Below are positions 12,381 to 24,572 of a stretch of DNA of 64,000 nucleotides, in pieces. Position 1 is the stretch's first letter. Each line of letters opens with the position of its first letter. This DNA is from Dipteris shenzhenensis (lineage: Eukaryota): NCBI GenBank assembly GCA_047967505.1, contig CM106538.1. The stretch is one strand, 5' to 3'. The notes below the pieces were generated by a model. That model had not been told where the DNA came from, did no database searches, and worked only from the letters and a program-made list of their open reading frames with translations. The translations under genes were made by a program, and so were the position numbers.

Positions 12381-14997
12381 AGGATCACTCCTATATTCAA
12401 GAGCATGGTAGACAATACATGAAGTAGGCTAATGGGGGTGTGTGACACATCAAGCAATAGCCCTCCCTTTTATAGCCAAATGAAAGAAGCATCTCTCAAT
12501 TAATGGGTCCTTCCACATGTATGGTGTGAGTTGAGGTATGTTCCATGTGAACAAGGAGGCTATGCACTCTCACTAGTGTGCGACAATACCTTGTCTCATT
12601 TTTCCACATAAACAAAAACCTCATAAGACAACCACTCGACTTAATACACACATGGGTCCATCCCATATGGGATGGTTAGCCCAAGATTCTTTGCCTCACA
12701 ACCTCGCCTCTCAAGTCACCCTGCCTCTAGGCCTCCCTCACAGCCCACGTCACCTCGCCTCTTAGCCCACCCCACCTCTCAGCCTACCCACAGCCTCGCG
12801 CTTCTTAGATCACCCCACCTCTCTCAAAGCCCACCCCACCTCCACTTCTACACACTACAAGCCGCAGCCACACAACTCCAAAGTTCATTGTCAAATCTCA
12901 TCAAGTTAACAGATCCCAATTTGCAAAATTCCATTGAGCTGCCAATTCTCAGTTTAGTTCAATTCGATCCAATCCAATAAGCAGGCTAATTCATTTCACA
13001 ATTGCATCACCCCAAGTTGGACCCTGGAGGTTAGGTCCAGCATTGGGATAGTCGATCCATGCAAGCCGACATGGAGCCTCCCAAGTTGAAGTTTCTCGCT
13101 CCCTCAAGCAAGCCCTCATATTCAACCACTGTAGCATTATCGACATGGACACCCACCCTCTACACGAAGGTTTCTTCTTTGAGACAGAGGATCATATGAG
13201 AGCCACAAGAGAAAATGTATTATTTGCAGCAAGAAACCAGAGAGCTCAAGATTCAGATTGCAGCCCTTGGGAAGCAAGACATAAGCCATCTAATTGAATA
13301 ATTTGATGGCGAGCATTTGCTCTTTGGTACCCCATGACAACTCCCTTGACAATATTACCAATCAGAAATGAGATGAGGAAATACACAATAACAATAGTAT
13401 TACTGCCACAAGCTTGATCATAGCATGATAAGGCCTTAGTATATATTAAGTTGCCAACCACATGAATCGGATTGGACTTTTAGTTTGTAATAAGCACACT
13501 TGTGATGGAGCATAAAACTCGTTAAGAGGCTCATTAAGAACCCTAACAAATTCGATATTGAAGGACCTTGTATATGAATTTTGAAAAAGACATGAAACAT
13601 ATTACTAGCACATGAAAACATGCTTCTTGATTTACTCAAGATAGAGAAGTTGTGGAATATTTAGATTTTGACACGTGTCTTCTAGCAAGGCAGACACATT
13701 TGACTCGTGCTCTCATCCAAACATATATTTGATGTGGCTTTATATTTAATGTGGCTTGCAGCAAAACTCAAATGGAGTGGAAACTTCGGCTCCAAGCCCT
13801 TCTAGGGTAGAGCTTTATGAAGAACTCTCCAATATGAAACATTTTTTGTGTCTCAAAAAGCTCCCATTTGATCATCAGAAACACTCTCAAAATATTGGCA
13901 CCACCTCCCCAACCTTGATGTAAGAATGGCTTTAATTATATTTTGCAATACAAAGCATGTATATGCTAATGATATGTTCACAGCATCAAATTACTCAAAA
14001 GTTGATCGCTCCCTCCGATTGCCAAGAGAAAGGCCTCAAGAGGAAAGAGAGATGAAAGAAAGTTTGCTTCAGTTGACCATGTTCATAGAGTAAATATATT
14101 ACTTTGCTTGGAAAACATGATGACACCACATTTATCCAAAGAGATAGCTAAGGATTAGATCTCAATTCGGTTTACGTATCAGAAAATGGACTGATGTTCA
14201 AGTCACAACCCTATAATGTGCTCATATAGGGTAGGACAGCTCGACCCCTTTGTAGACTTCAAACTATTGTGATCTCATGGCTCGTGCAACCTCAGGGTGT
14301 AAATTTTTTCGAGTCCCCTTCATTGCCCGAACTATTGTAAATGAATGAAACAAGACATCTCAACAACAGAGCTCAAAGTTCCAGGTCTTTAAATTTTCAA
14401 AATAAGGGCACTCCACTCTTTAAGTGCCTCCAAAGGAAAGTGTGTTCCTCATGAGCAGATAAAAATCTGACCACCATCCACAAAAGGGTTTATTTGGAGT
14501 ACTAATGATTATTTCATGTACGCCTATCTGCCCTGCTTGGATTGCCAAGATGCAATTCAAAGGAAACAGGGTCACATATAAGCATTTGATGGAAAGATCA
14601 ATGCTAGGCGCAAACATAAGGTGTCAATACTCTAGCAATACTCATGCCATCCTGCCGTGACATACCAACAGACTTCAGCTGAGCAGCTATGAAAATTATT
14701 AAGCACTGGAGCTCCTTTAAACGTGTTTCTTGACATCTCTAAGAGAGTTTCTTCACATCTCTAAGAGAGTTTCACTGCTCCATCATAGCTAAGGGAGGGG
14801 TACATCTAAAAGAGTAAAAGGGCAAACAACAATACATTTTGGTCCGTGCACATTTCAAGCTCTTAAACAAGGTTGGACATCTTTGCAACACCATCTTTCA
14901 CTTTGTAGAAATCTATCTATCCTCAAGCCCAGATGACAGGCTTTTATTTTTGTAAAAAACTTGAGGAAGCACCAAAATAGCAAGGCAATATAGTAAA

Positions 14998-15318
14998 TTA
15001 CTGTTCCTTCCATATTCTTCCTGTTACCCTTAACTTCAGCTCCTTCCTATCACCACCAGAGAAATACAATGCCATATTCCTTTGTATGATCAGCCCATCA
15101 TGACTGTCACGTGCTTTCCGATGGCTATCACGAATGCTCCGTGGCACCCCTTGCCAGGTCATTTTCCGTCCATTTGCACCCACTTCAAGGCTGTAGCTGT
15201 AGTTTTTGGCTTCACTGTCCTCACCCATGAACCGGAGAAAAGCCATATAAACAGGTGCCATGCCAAGCTGGAACGCTTCAAAATGAAGGCAGAAGTGTTG
15301 ACCAAAACAATTGAACAC
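14998..15318 (-). CDS. SINAT2: SINA E3 ubiquitin ligase, coding exon 3 (TRAF-like/SINA substrate-binding domain, stop TAA)
   Basis: VFNCFGQHFCLHFEAFQLGMAPVYMAFLRFMGEDSEAKNYSYSLEVG...LKLRVTGRIWKEQ*. Acceptor CAG|GTG; intron 2 is 15319-15559 (241 bp). The symbol means SINAT1/2-like. Confidence 0.97.
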   Translation of the reverse strand: MFNCFGQHFCLHFEAFQLGMAPVYMAFLRFMGEDSEAKNYSYSLEVGANGRKMTWQGVPRSIRDSHRKARDSHDGLIIQRNMALYFSGGDRKELKLRVTGRIWKEQ

Positions 15319-15559
15319 CTGCCAATTTTCAATTGTCACAGATTGCCTATATCCTTGCATTCATCAATTTTACACACAACTTCAATATGAACCAAATTAA
15401 AAGCATGCCCATTACAGTAGCTACCCTGCAGACCTTACTTCAATTTTGATGGCATGCAAATTCGATAAGAATCACGAGCGTTGCTAGGTCCCTTTTATAC
15501 TCAGTAACGTAAGAATTGCACACTAAGATCTAATAAAACATTTAAGTGGCTAAGCTTAC

Positions 15560-15946
15560 CGTCAACATCCATGTGGCATTCTCAACTTCCTGAGGATTTG
15601 ACTTCACATAGCGATGATTGTAAGTACATCCACTATGCATATCCACTTTGTGATCATCCCGTAAGTGAGCCACAAGGCTAGGAATATCTCCTGTTACTGA
15701 GCACTCTGACCCAGCATAAGGACAGTTATAGGGCCTGAAGGAGCATTGGGCCTCATGCTTCAACTTGCTGTAGTAAGGAAAAATGTCCTGACATCCCAAA
15801 GTATTATATCTACAGGGCATCTCAAGAGATTCTGCAACCTTCTCCAGAGCTAGGCATCTGATGTTTCCAAGCTCATATCTACAAGTGGGGCACCTGTTGT
15901 GCACTCTTGTCTTGCAGGCTGAACACAAAGTATGACCATTGGGACA
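15560..15946 (-). CDS. SINAT2: SINA E3 ubiquitin ligase, coding exon 2 (rest of RING, SIAH zinc fingers)
   Basis: CPNGHTLCSACKTRVHNRCPTCRYELGNIRCLALEKVAESLE...NATWMLT. Acceptor ACAG|TGT and donor ACG|GTAAGC; 387 nt, phase 0/0. Confidence 0.97.
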
Positions 15947-15970
15947 CTGTAACATAGAAAAGCACATAAG

Positions 15971-16006
<36 letters not shown>

Positions 16007-18216
16007 GATTAACACAGTGTGACCATTGCAATCACTGAGATAAAGGACAATTACATGAGCTCTCTCTCTTCCACCCCCCCTCCCTCCAAAAAAAACGAAA
16101 ATGAAAAAGGATGACCTCCACATTTAAATTTTACCCAAATACTTCAGTCCCTATACAATTTGCACTACAAAAGTACAAGCTTGCTTTGGATACTCAAACT
16201 TGCCTATCATTTCAGACAGTGCACACAGGTAAGATCACCATAAGCAACTCAATCTAACCTGTTTTCTCAAAGGTAGCACAAATAGACAATACTATTACCT
16301 TTCCCATGAGCATCTGTAGGAGACGTTTTGATTGTATGGGAGTCTGGAAGGTGAATTCCCTCCCTGTGAATATAGATGCTAATTGAGGTGATGAGGCAGT
16401 GCCCAGTTCACTATGTATCTTCATATACTGTTCTTATTTTCAAAAATAAGTGTCATAGGTTGAGTTGCCAGCTCGCTATTGTTCAAATTGCTTTTGATTT
16501 ATGTTAGAGTTGAAGGGTCTACTGAACAGTAATCCTACACAGCAGAATGTTTCAAACCCTCACTGATCTCTCCTGCAAGATAGGTGCACACACATGCCGA
16601 AACCTCACTCAGAAAATACAGCAGGAACAGAGAATAAGAAAGCAGACATCATTCATCCAGAGAAGAGCTAAACTCATCCAGCAAAGGTGTTGGGTAAAAC
16701 TGCAATCAATGATGATTGCACTGCTGAAATCTAAAGAGAGTTATGTGCTCTAACACTCTTTCAGTCTGTGGTGCCCTTGAATGGCTTCAGTGCCTAATGG
16801 AGTGTGCAAAAGGCCTCCCTTTTATCTATATTAATGATTTTGTAAGTTCAAAGCTCACACTCTAATTAAAAATTGTCTCTAGATTTCTGCAAAGTGGTAC
16901 CGTACGTTAGGTATGGTACATATGACATGAGTACCAGTATGCTGCATCGTTCGGAAAATAATATAAGGTACATAAGGTACATCGTCTTTGTAAAGTATTA
17001 TTTTATCCCCAGAAAAAAGAGGGAGAGAAGGGGGAGAGAGGAGAGGCAGAGAGAGGGGGCAGGGGGGTTAGAGACAACATTTTTGTACCTTAGTATAAAT
17101 TTTAAACCCACAAATCTATTATTGTAGTCCACATGACATTTACGCACAGTTTAAACTTCATATGTGTGTGTGTGCGCGTGCGTGCGTGCATGTGTGTGGG
17201 TGGGTGTATATATGTATATATATACACATATACATATACCTAGATGAGTCCAGGAACATGCCCAAACTCATCCTCTAAAAACACAATATAGTGCAGTTTC
17301 AATTTCATGATAGTCACTCATAAGCTTGAAAACCATAAACTCCATACCACATAGCATATACATATACATATTTATATTTACATACATGCATGCATGCGCG
17401 TGCGCGCGCACACACACAATCACAATCAAATGTGCGAATGATGATATCAAAGTCATGATGACTGAAGTCTAAAATTCCAAAACTCGTGCGAAAATGGACA
17501 TGAATCAAGACTCCTCTTCCTCTTCCTCTTCCTCTTTCTAAAAGGAGGATGTGGAAGCAAAATCTCCATCAATGACGGTATTACTATCACCATCATATTC
17601 TGGCTATGGATTCTCCCTTCTGCCCAACCTACTCATCCACATCCTCTAAGAATGCATCCTCTAGGGGTAGAGGTGTCCCCTAAGTCTTTACTATAATCCC
17701 TGTCAAGAAGCTACCTCGACATATATCTGTGCGCTGAATAGCCTGAGTTGGAACATGCCCCCTACCATGTCTCCTAGCCCTACGTCTATACCTTGGACGC
17801 TTGTGTGACCTCACATGAGCTTGGATCCTCATCACTCGTCTGTCCACAGTAATCAGCTCTTGATATAGGGAAGTATATAATGCCTCCTCCTTCGCAGTGG
17901 CAACAACATAGGCAGGCACTTTGTTCAAGTCAAGCGTTGACATGTCCACCTATAAGCCCAAAAAAAGAGTCAAGACTTATATGATAACTTACTATGACAG
18001 CTAGCACTTGGCACATCAACTTAAAAAGAGACCTCAGGCATGTGCCATGCGACCCATGCCTCATAGTTGAGAGTTACAACTCCTTAAACTTTTGGACTAG
18101 CCTCCCATTTGCACGAGAATCTTCGTGAGGATTTGAAGCCCTCTTCAAGGATTTTCAGTCCTCTTCAAGGAGATCAATCCATACAAACTCCAATTTCGCA
18201 CCAGACGAACAATCCT

Positions 18217-21200
18217 TGTTAGAGAATACAAAAGAGGGTATGCACAATGCAAGCAGAAGCTAGCCCCAAAGTAGAGTTATAGAGCCCAGGAACTCACACA
18301 GTGGTATATTAAAACACACAACTTATTTCCTTGGTATGTACCATGCACAAATATGCAGACAGCAATTAGACAATGTTCAAACGAGAGATGTGGAACCAGA
18401 AAAACAAATTTCTGTCCAATGGGACATATACAAAACCTATGTCCACTGTCTCACCCTTTATCAGGGGAGTGCTGACTATATATGGACCCTTGTCCATACA
18501 CAAAGTTGTTCTCCTACCTCCAAAACAGTAGGCTTGTGGTGCTCTCCTAGAGCTTGAGTGGGCCTTGTATTGTGTGCCCTGCAATCACACCTTGCGACTG
18601 ATCCTCCTAGACATCTCCTCGTAAGGCAATGCTTGCAATGGAACCTTGACCTCCCTGCTGCCCTTAATGCAGCCCAAACTGAGGCACAAGCTTACCATTT
18701 CACCCTCCAGTATCCTGCTTGAGAGCTTCAGAGCAGCACCAAGACTTCTCCCTCTCGCTTCCAGGAAGGCATACACCTTCCAAACTCTCAACAAAGCATA
18801 GAATCTGCCCAAAGCAAGTTATTAAGGTTCAAATGACTAACACACACCAGATGATCCATCTGCTTGACTGTAGTGCCTCCTCCAATATCACAGCTCCCAT
18901 CTGACCCTGAAACCATAGGTCCTTCCAAAGACTGCCCCCTCATGTCACTGATACCAGCCAAGCACCCAAAGCAATCTAAGCACTCATTGCTATCCTTCAC
19001 CTTTACAAAGGTTTCCGAATCCTCTCCAAAACTTTCTCTCAATGTCAAACATTCTTATTCTAACATTGGGGTCTGCATGACTTACCTCAGTAAGGCATGA
19101 GATGTCACAAGAAAATCTCTTCTGAGACTACCGCCATGTGTTCACCTAGTCTTTCATTGCTACAGGATCTGCAGTACGTCCCTGCCACCACAGTTGCTGT
19201 GGCCGGAGTTGTGGTCCCCTATAACATTTGCTCCACTCCCATCGTAATCTCCCGAGTTGATCTCACCACCAAGTGGCTCCGGACCTTCATCTTGCAAATA
19301 TCTTATGGTCATGATAATTGAAAGGAAAGAGATAGAAGTTCTATACACCTACCTGAATCTGAGTCACCCTCCTTGCAATGGTGGCACTAGTCCTTCACAC
19401 ATAGAAGCTGACCTCAAGCTTCAATCAAGGTCGTCCTTTCCCAAGGTCCTTGCCTTTGAGCTCCCACCACTTAGAAACTTCCATCAAGGCTCTAATACCA
19501 TGTTAGAGAATACAACAGAGGGTATGCACAGCAAAAGCCAACTCTAAAGTAGAGCTATAGAGCCCAGAAACTCACACAGTCATATATTGAATATTCAAAT
19601 CCAAAACTTCTTTTCCTTAATGTGTCTATGCATGGATTTGCAAACAAAAATTAGGCAATGCTCAAAAGAGAGATGTAGAACCAGCAAGATATATTTCCGC
19701 CCAATGTAGACACAATACAAGGTCTATGTCTAGTGTATCACCCTCTATCAACAAAGTGCCCGTTGGATATGGACCCCGGTACACAAAGCTGTTCTCCTAC
19801 CTCCTTGGCACTTCCAAAACACTATTAGAAACATGGAGTTGAGGAGAAGAGAGAGAGAAGGTAGGCTAGGGTGAGAGGTAGTGATACTCAAATGAAAACA
19901 TTATGGAAATGAAAGTACTCACATGGCTAAAAGAGCACTTTCATTCATTGAAGTAACATGAGAAACAAGCCTTTATAGAATAGACGCACACATTCATAGC
20001 ACCAAATGTATATGGGATAACTCCTAAAGTGACAAGTGGCACTCACACTTAGAACTACTACTAGATCTCCTAGTAAAACACACCAAAACACACTCTTTGG
20101 CTATGATTTCTCCAACACCCCCCTTCAGAGCAAAGAGTGTGAGGCCCAACACGCAAGGAGTAGATCAATCCCCCCTCCACCGCAGTACTACAAAGAGCAA
20201 GTCTAACTATCCAACACCACCTATGTGATAGTGACTTCTCAGTCAGCTTGCGACTAGCAAGAGTAGATCATCACTCATCACCCCTTTACTCTGAACTGGG
20301 TGGTCAATACAATCATACCAAAGTAAAAGACTATGCAATCATTTTTGGGGAACAAACCAGGGCAGAGTACCCTTATTGACTCCAAATACATTCATTTTAG
20401 AGGGACTACTCAAGGCAAAGAACCTTTAGCGTAGACTCAACTGAAAAACACATATCACATAGGGCCTAGAAAGCCCAAGAATCCCAATCATAATGTTCCG
20501 GATCAAAGAGGCCATGAACCTCAACAATGGCTGCATATATCTCCTCAAGGGGCTCTTCAGGTTCGGCTTGGTCTTCAGCAATGAAATTGGCATGATGCTT
20601 CTCTTGTTCTTGTTCCTTCTTTTTGAAGCATTTAGCTTCAACATGTCCTTTTCATTTACAAAATCTGCAAATAATATTTTATTGGTCTTCCATTTGCTTG
20701 TGGAAGCAAATGCATGATCACCAGCAGAGGCAAGAATGGCATCTTTATTACGACGGTCCTTTTCAATAAGTAAAGCCACCATATCATCAAACGTGGTAGT
20801 GGCAAGGCGTAGAACTTCAAGGGTCTGCTCAAAACAAGGTATCCCTTGCATACTCTTCATAAAGACAACCGTTTTACCCTCATCATCAGGTTGGCTTTTC
20901 AAGCTTGAGAGTTGTTGAACAAGAGACTGAAATCTTGCTAAATAATCACTCAACTCTTCACTCTCTTTCATTCTCAAATCGTAGAACTTGAGTTTCAAAA
21001 TGGCTTTAGAGTTGGTGATCTTGTTACCAAATAAGCTTTCAAGGCGATCCCAAATCTCCTTGGCAATGGACTTGAAATGTCCGCCAGACAAAGAGCAATG
21101 AGAGCAATTGCTCTTGCATTCTGCTGCTTCCATACTTTGTGTTGTTGCTGATCAGTTGTATCAAGGTGGTCTTTCTCAACAACGTCCCAAACTCCTTCAC

Positions 21201-21846
21201 CCATAAGAAACTGTATCTTTGTTTGCCATGTTGGGAATCCTTCCCCCTTAAACTTCTCCACAAGCAGGGAACTTGAAGACAAGGAAGTCATGATAGAAGA
21301 GGGCTTTGTGTGAAGGCGGGCAGCAACCTGAGGTGACAAGCCCGCAACACAAGGTGAAGAACCAGCAAATATGTCAGCTGGTCAGCAGGCTCCACGTGTG
21401 CAAGGCAGCTGATGTAGATGCTCCTGTAGGTGTTGCAGCAGCTAGTCGGTGGCCACTGGCTTTAGGTGCTCGAAAATGCAAACCCTGATCAAAACGCAGC
21501 AAGAGGGTGCCCCGAAATGCAGAACCAAATCAAAACGCAGCACTTGTGGACGTCGAAACTGTTCAGAGGTGGCTTCAAACACTTCGAAGTGCTGGAAAAG
21601 TATGCAGCAGCAGCACCAAAACATTGATTTCTGGCAGTGGAAGGCTCCACAACAACCTTGGGTGACCTTACATGCATGCACGCCTTGAGAAATGTGCCAA
21701 CCAGCAAACCAAGAGGCCACCAAGGGAACCTAGAGCGCACAGGGTGGCAAGAAATGGAACTTGGAGGGGCTAGGGCAGATGACGTGGCAAGACAGGTTAG
21801 GGCAAGGCCAACCTGCTCTGATACCATGTTAGAAACATGGTGTTGA

Positions 21847-21898
<52 letters not shown>

Positions 21899-23339
21899 GC
21901 TAGGGTGAGAGGTAGTGATACTCAAACGAAAGCATAATAGAAGTACTCGCATGACTAAAAGAGCTTGAGGCTTTCATTCATTGATGTGACACGAGAAGTA
22001 CAAGCCTTTATAGAATAGGCACACACACTCATACTCATATCACCAAATGTATATGGGATAACTCCCAAAGTGACACATGGCACTCACACATAGGAATGAT
22101 TTAGAATACCTCCATTTTATTGAAAGACAAGAATTTTAAATTTGAAAATAAACTTGGGAGAAATTTATAAAAATAAGAACTCCTAGTAAAACACACCAAA
22201 AAAAAACTCTTTGGCTATGATTTCTCCAACAAACACGAGGCCTGCAGTGCTCTCATAGAGCTTGAGTGGGCCTTGTAAGTGTGCCCCGCAATGACTGATC
22301 CTCCGGACAACCCTCATAAGGCAGTGCTTGCTATGAAACCTTGACCTAGCTACAGCCCTGAATGCAGCCCAAACTGAGGCACGGACTTCCTCCCTTGATC
22401 CAATCTTCCTTGCTGCTGTTAGAGGCAGCCAATGTTCAAACTGTGAGCTCCTTGATCCCTCCAATCAGCCACTTCCCTTGCCGCCGTGTATCCGCTTGGA
22501 TGGCCCTTGAAGCAGGCTGATGTGCTCCCAAAATCTGCTCCCCAAATGGACGGTGAATGAGCCCTGAAGAGTGCCTTTTATAGGCCCCAAGGGCTCCCAA
22601 AAATGGCCAACAGAACTGCCCGACCCACCGGTCTGTAGACCCCAACCTAGCTGGATTTGTCAGTCCTTTTTCTACCCCGCCTGGCCACGTGGCAGTCTGC
22701 CAGTGCCTAAGCCTCCTCCTGACCTATCCCTTGCCTTTTCCAGGCTTGTTGCTGGCCAGATTCCACGCCTTGTAGTCACCTACTTGTCCCACGCACCCCA
22801 CCTCCTTCCTGGACCTACTACAGCTCTTCTGGTATTAGTTCAGCGCCATACAAGCCTCCCCAACTCTCCGTACTGCTCCAGACAGATGCCCGTAGTTCCG
22901 AGTTCTTCCAAGCTCCTTTCTAGGTTCTTTCCAAGCCTTTTCCTTGGCCCACCTTCACGGCAGACAGCAGTACAGCTGTGCCACCTATCCCTGCTAAAGA
23001 TCTCCCTATTCCAAAGCATTTCTAGGCCCATACAACTGCTCAGGTCCAACCCAAGATGCCTCGTGACATCGCAGCACTTCCTACCAGATTTACAAGTGGA
23101 GCTACTACTTCGACCATTGCAAACATCTCCAAGTAGCCAAGTACACCTTTTCTTTGTTTTCCATGTGTGCGTGCTGCCCACATGGCAGCCCATGCATTGT
23201 CCATGTGGCAAACTTGCATTCCCTGTCAGATCAGCTCCAACAATGCCCACATGTCATCTAACACACCCTGGTTCGCCTGCCCCTTGCACTCCTCATTTAG
23301 GGACTCACAGATCGTGAGGTGACCATCTATTCTCCAACA
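18217..23339 (-). mobile_element. Old internally deleted LTR retrotransposon; 5' LTR 19501-23339 (interrupted), partial 3' LTR from 18217
   Basis: Two diverged copies begin TGTTAGAGAATACA (18217 and 19501). The outer end is CTCCAACA at 23339, with flanks ATCCT/ACCCT (TSD with one mismatch). PBS-Met lies at 19489-19500 (rc TGGTATTAGAGC), with Copia gag-like debris at 18.8-19.3 kb. Confidence 0.75.
19823..22231 (-). mobile_element. Non-autonomous gag-only LTR element (TR-GAG-like), 2,409 bp
   Basis: LTRs 21827-22231 and 19823-20117; perfect TSD AACAC (19818-19822 / 22232-22236); PBS-Met 21815-21826; PPT 20118-20126. The 1.7-kb interior has only Copia-type gag (EKFKGEGFPTWQTK..., AKEIWDRLESLF..LKLKFYDLRMKESE) and no pol. 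Confidence 0.88.
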
Positions 23340-24572
23340 ACCCTATGGAGATTCAAGATTCAAAAAAAGATTAAGAAAGTTGCTGATTTTACAAATTGTA
23401 TAACAAACTATAAATTGGGATTCAAGAAAGTAATCCAATTCTAAGAAGTACCCTCAAAGCAAGAGCCTAGTGCCAAAGCCATATGTCTCCCACCAGCTAA
23501 TAGGCTTTACATAATTCTATTTCTTCTTTGCAGTAGCTCTAGAGAAGGCTGGTCCAAACCCATTACTATAAGTAATAAGCTCGTCATCTATATGCTCCTG
23601 AGTTTCCTCTAGGAATACTCTAGACACATATGAATGCCAAGCATCTGCAAGCTGGCTATCTAACAATAGATCATGAGTTTTATGAAGTGGATGGAGAAGA
23701 TCAGCCGTGCCATGGACACGACAACTCATAAACATCCACCTTTATTACACAATAGCCTTAATCTCATCCAATCTACATAGTACCCATTGCACAAGCATTT
23801 TATTTAAGTACTAAGTAACAAGTTCTAACTTGTAGGATTAGGTTTCGAATTAAGCATTTTAACTTTCACAATGGGTAAATATAATTACTTAGGTACAAAG
23901 GCTGGTCCATTTGTCAAGGTCCGTGTGTACCCTCTAGATTAAGTGGTATAAAAAACAAAGGGTGCATCATCCCTCCATGTCCACAGAATCACACAGCAGC
24001 CACAATGGGGGCTCTATCCGCTGCCATAATGAGGTATCAAGAATAAAGACCTCCAAATGAAGAGTATATATGTTCCTAGAGTTGTCGCAATGTATCCACT
24101 CACCAGATACCACTGTCGGATGCAAGTCATGGTCCACGGCATACATCTACTCCAAGACAAGAAACATGCGGGCAAATCAAGTCTTGAAGGGCCACAATAT
24201 CTCCATCTTTGAGTACTCGCGAAAAGTAGAAAATTCCTTGGGATTTTTCTTGAAGGATACCACGATGTTATTAGCCTCCCTCATGGTAGTCTGCACCCAA
24301 TCAAGCTTGCCTATGTCATCCATCAATAGGTCAAAAGGCAATGTGAAGTGCAAGGGATCCACACTATGGAAGAAAACTCCTCCTCTACCGTCTCTCCCAT
24401 CCTTCTACAACTTGCACCACATTCTCTAGGCCCACCTCTATGATGGTTGCTCAAATGTGCCTATAGATGAAATCTTGTTGCTTGCTCTCCCATCATAGCA
24501 ATCAACAGCCCGCAAGAAGTGTGCGCCTAGACAAGAGGAAACCAAGATATTAACAATGCTTCTCTTCTTAAC

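Noticed and set aside
17161-17420. Inverted (GT/CG/TA)n microsatellite pair as a miRNA or MITE hairpin
   Set aside because: Complementarity is limited to simple repeats; the interior does not pair and no TSD was seen.
22571-23317. 248-aa ORF as a gene
   Set aside because: Lies wholly within an LTR, has a non-ATG start and shows no recognisable domain.
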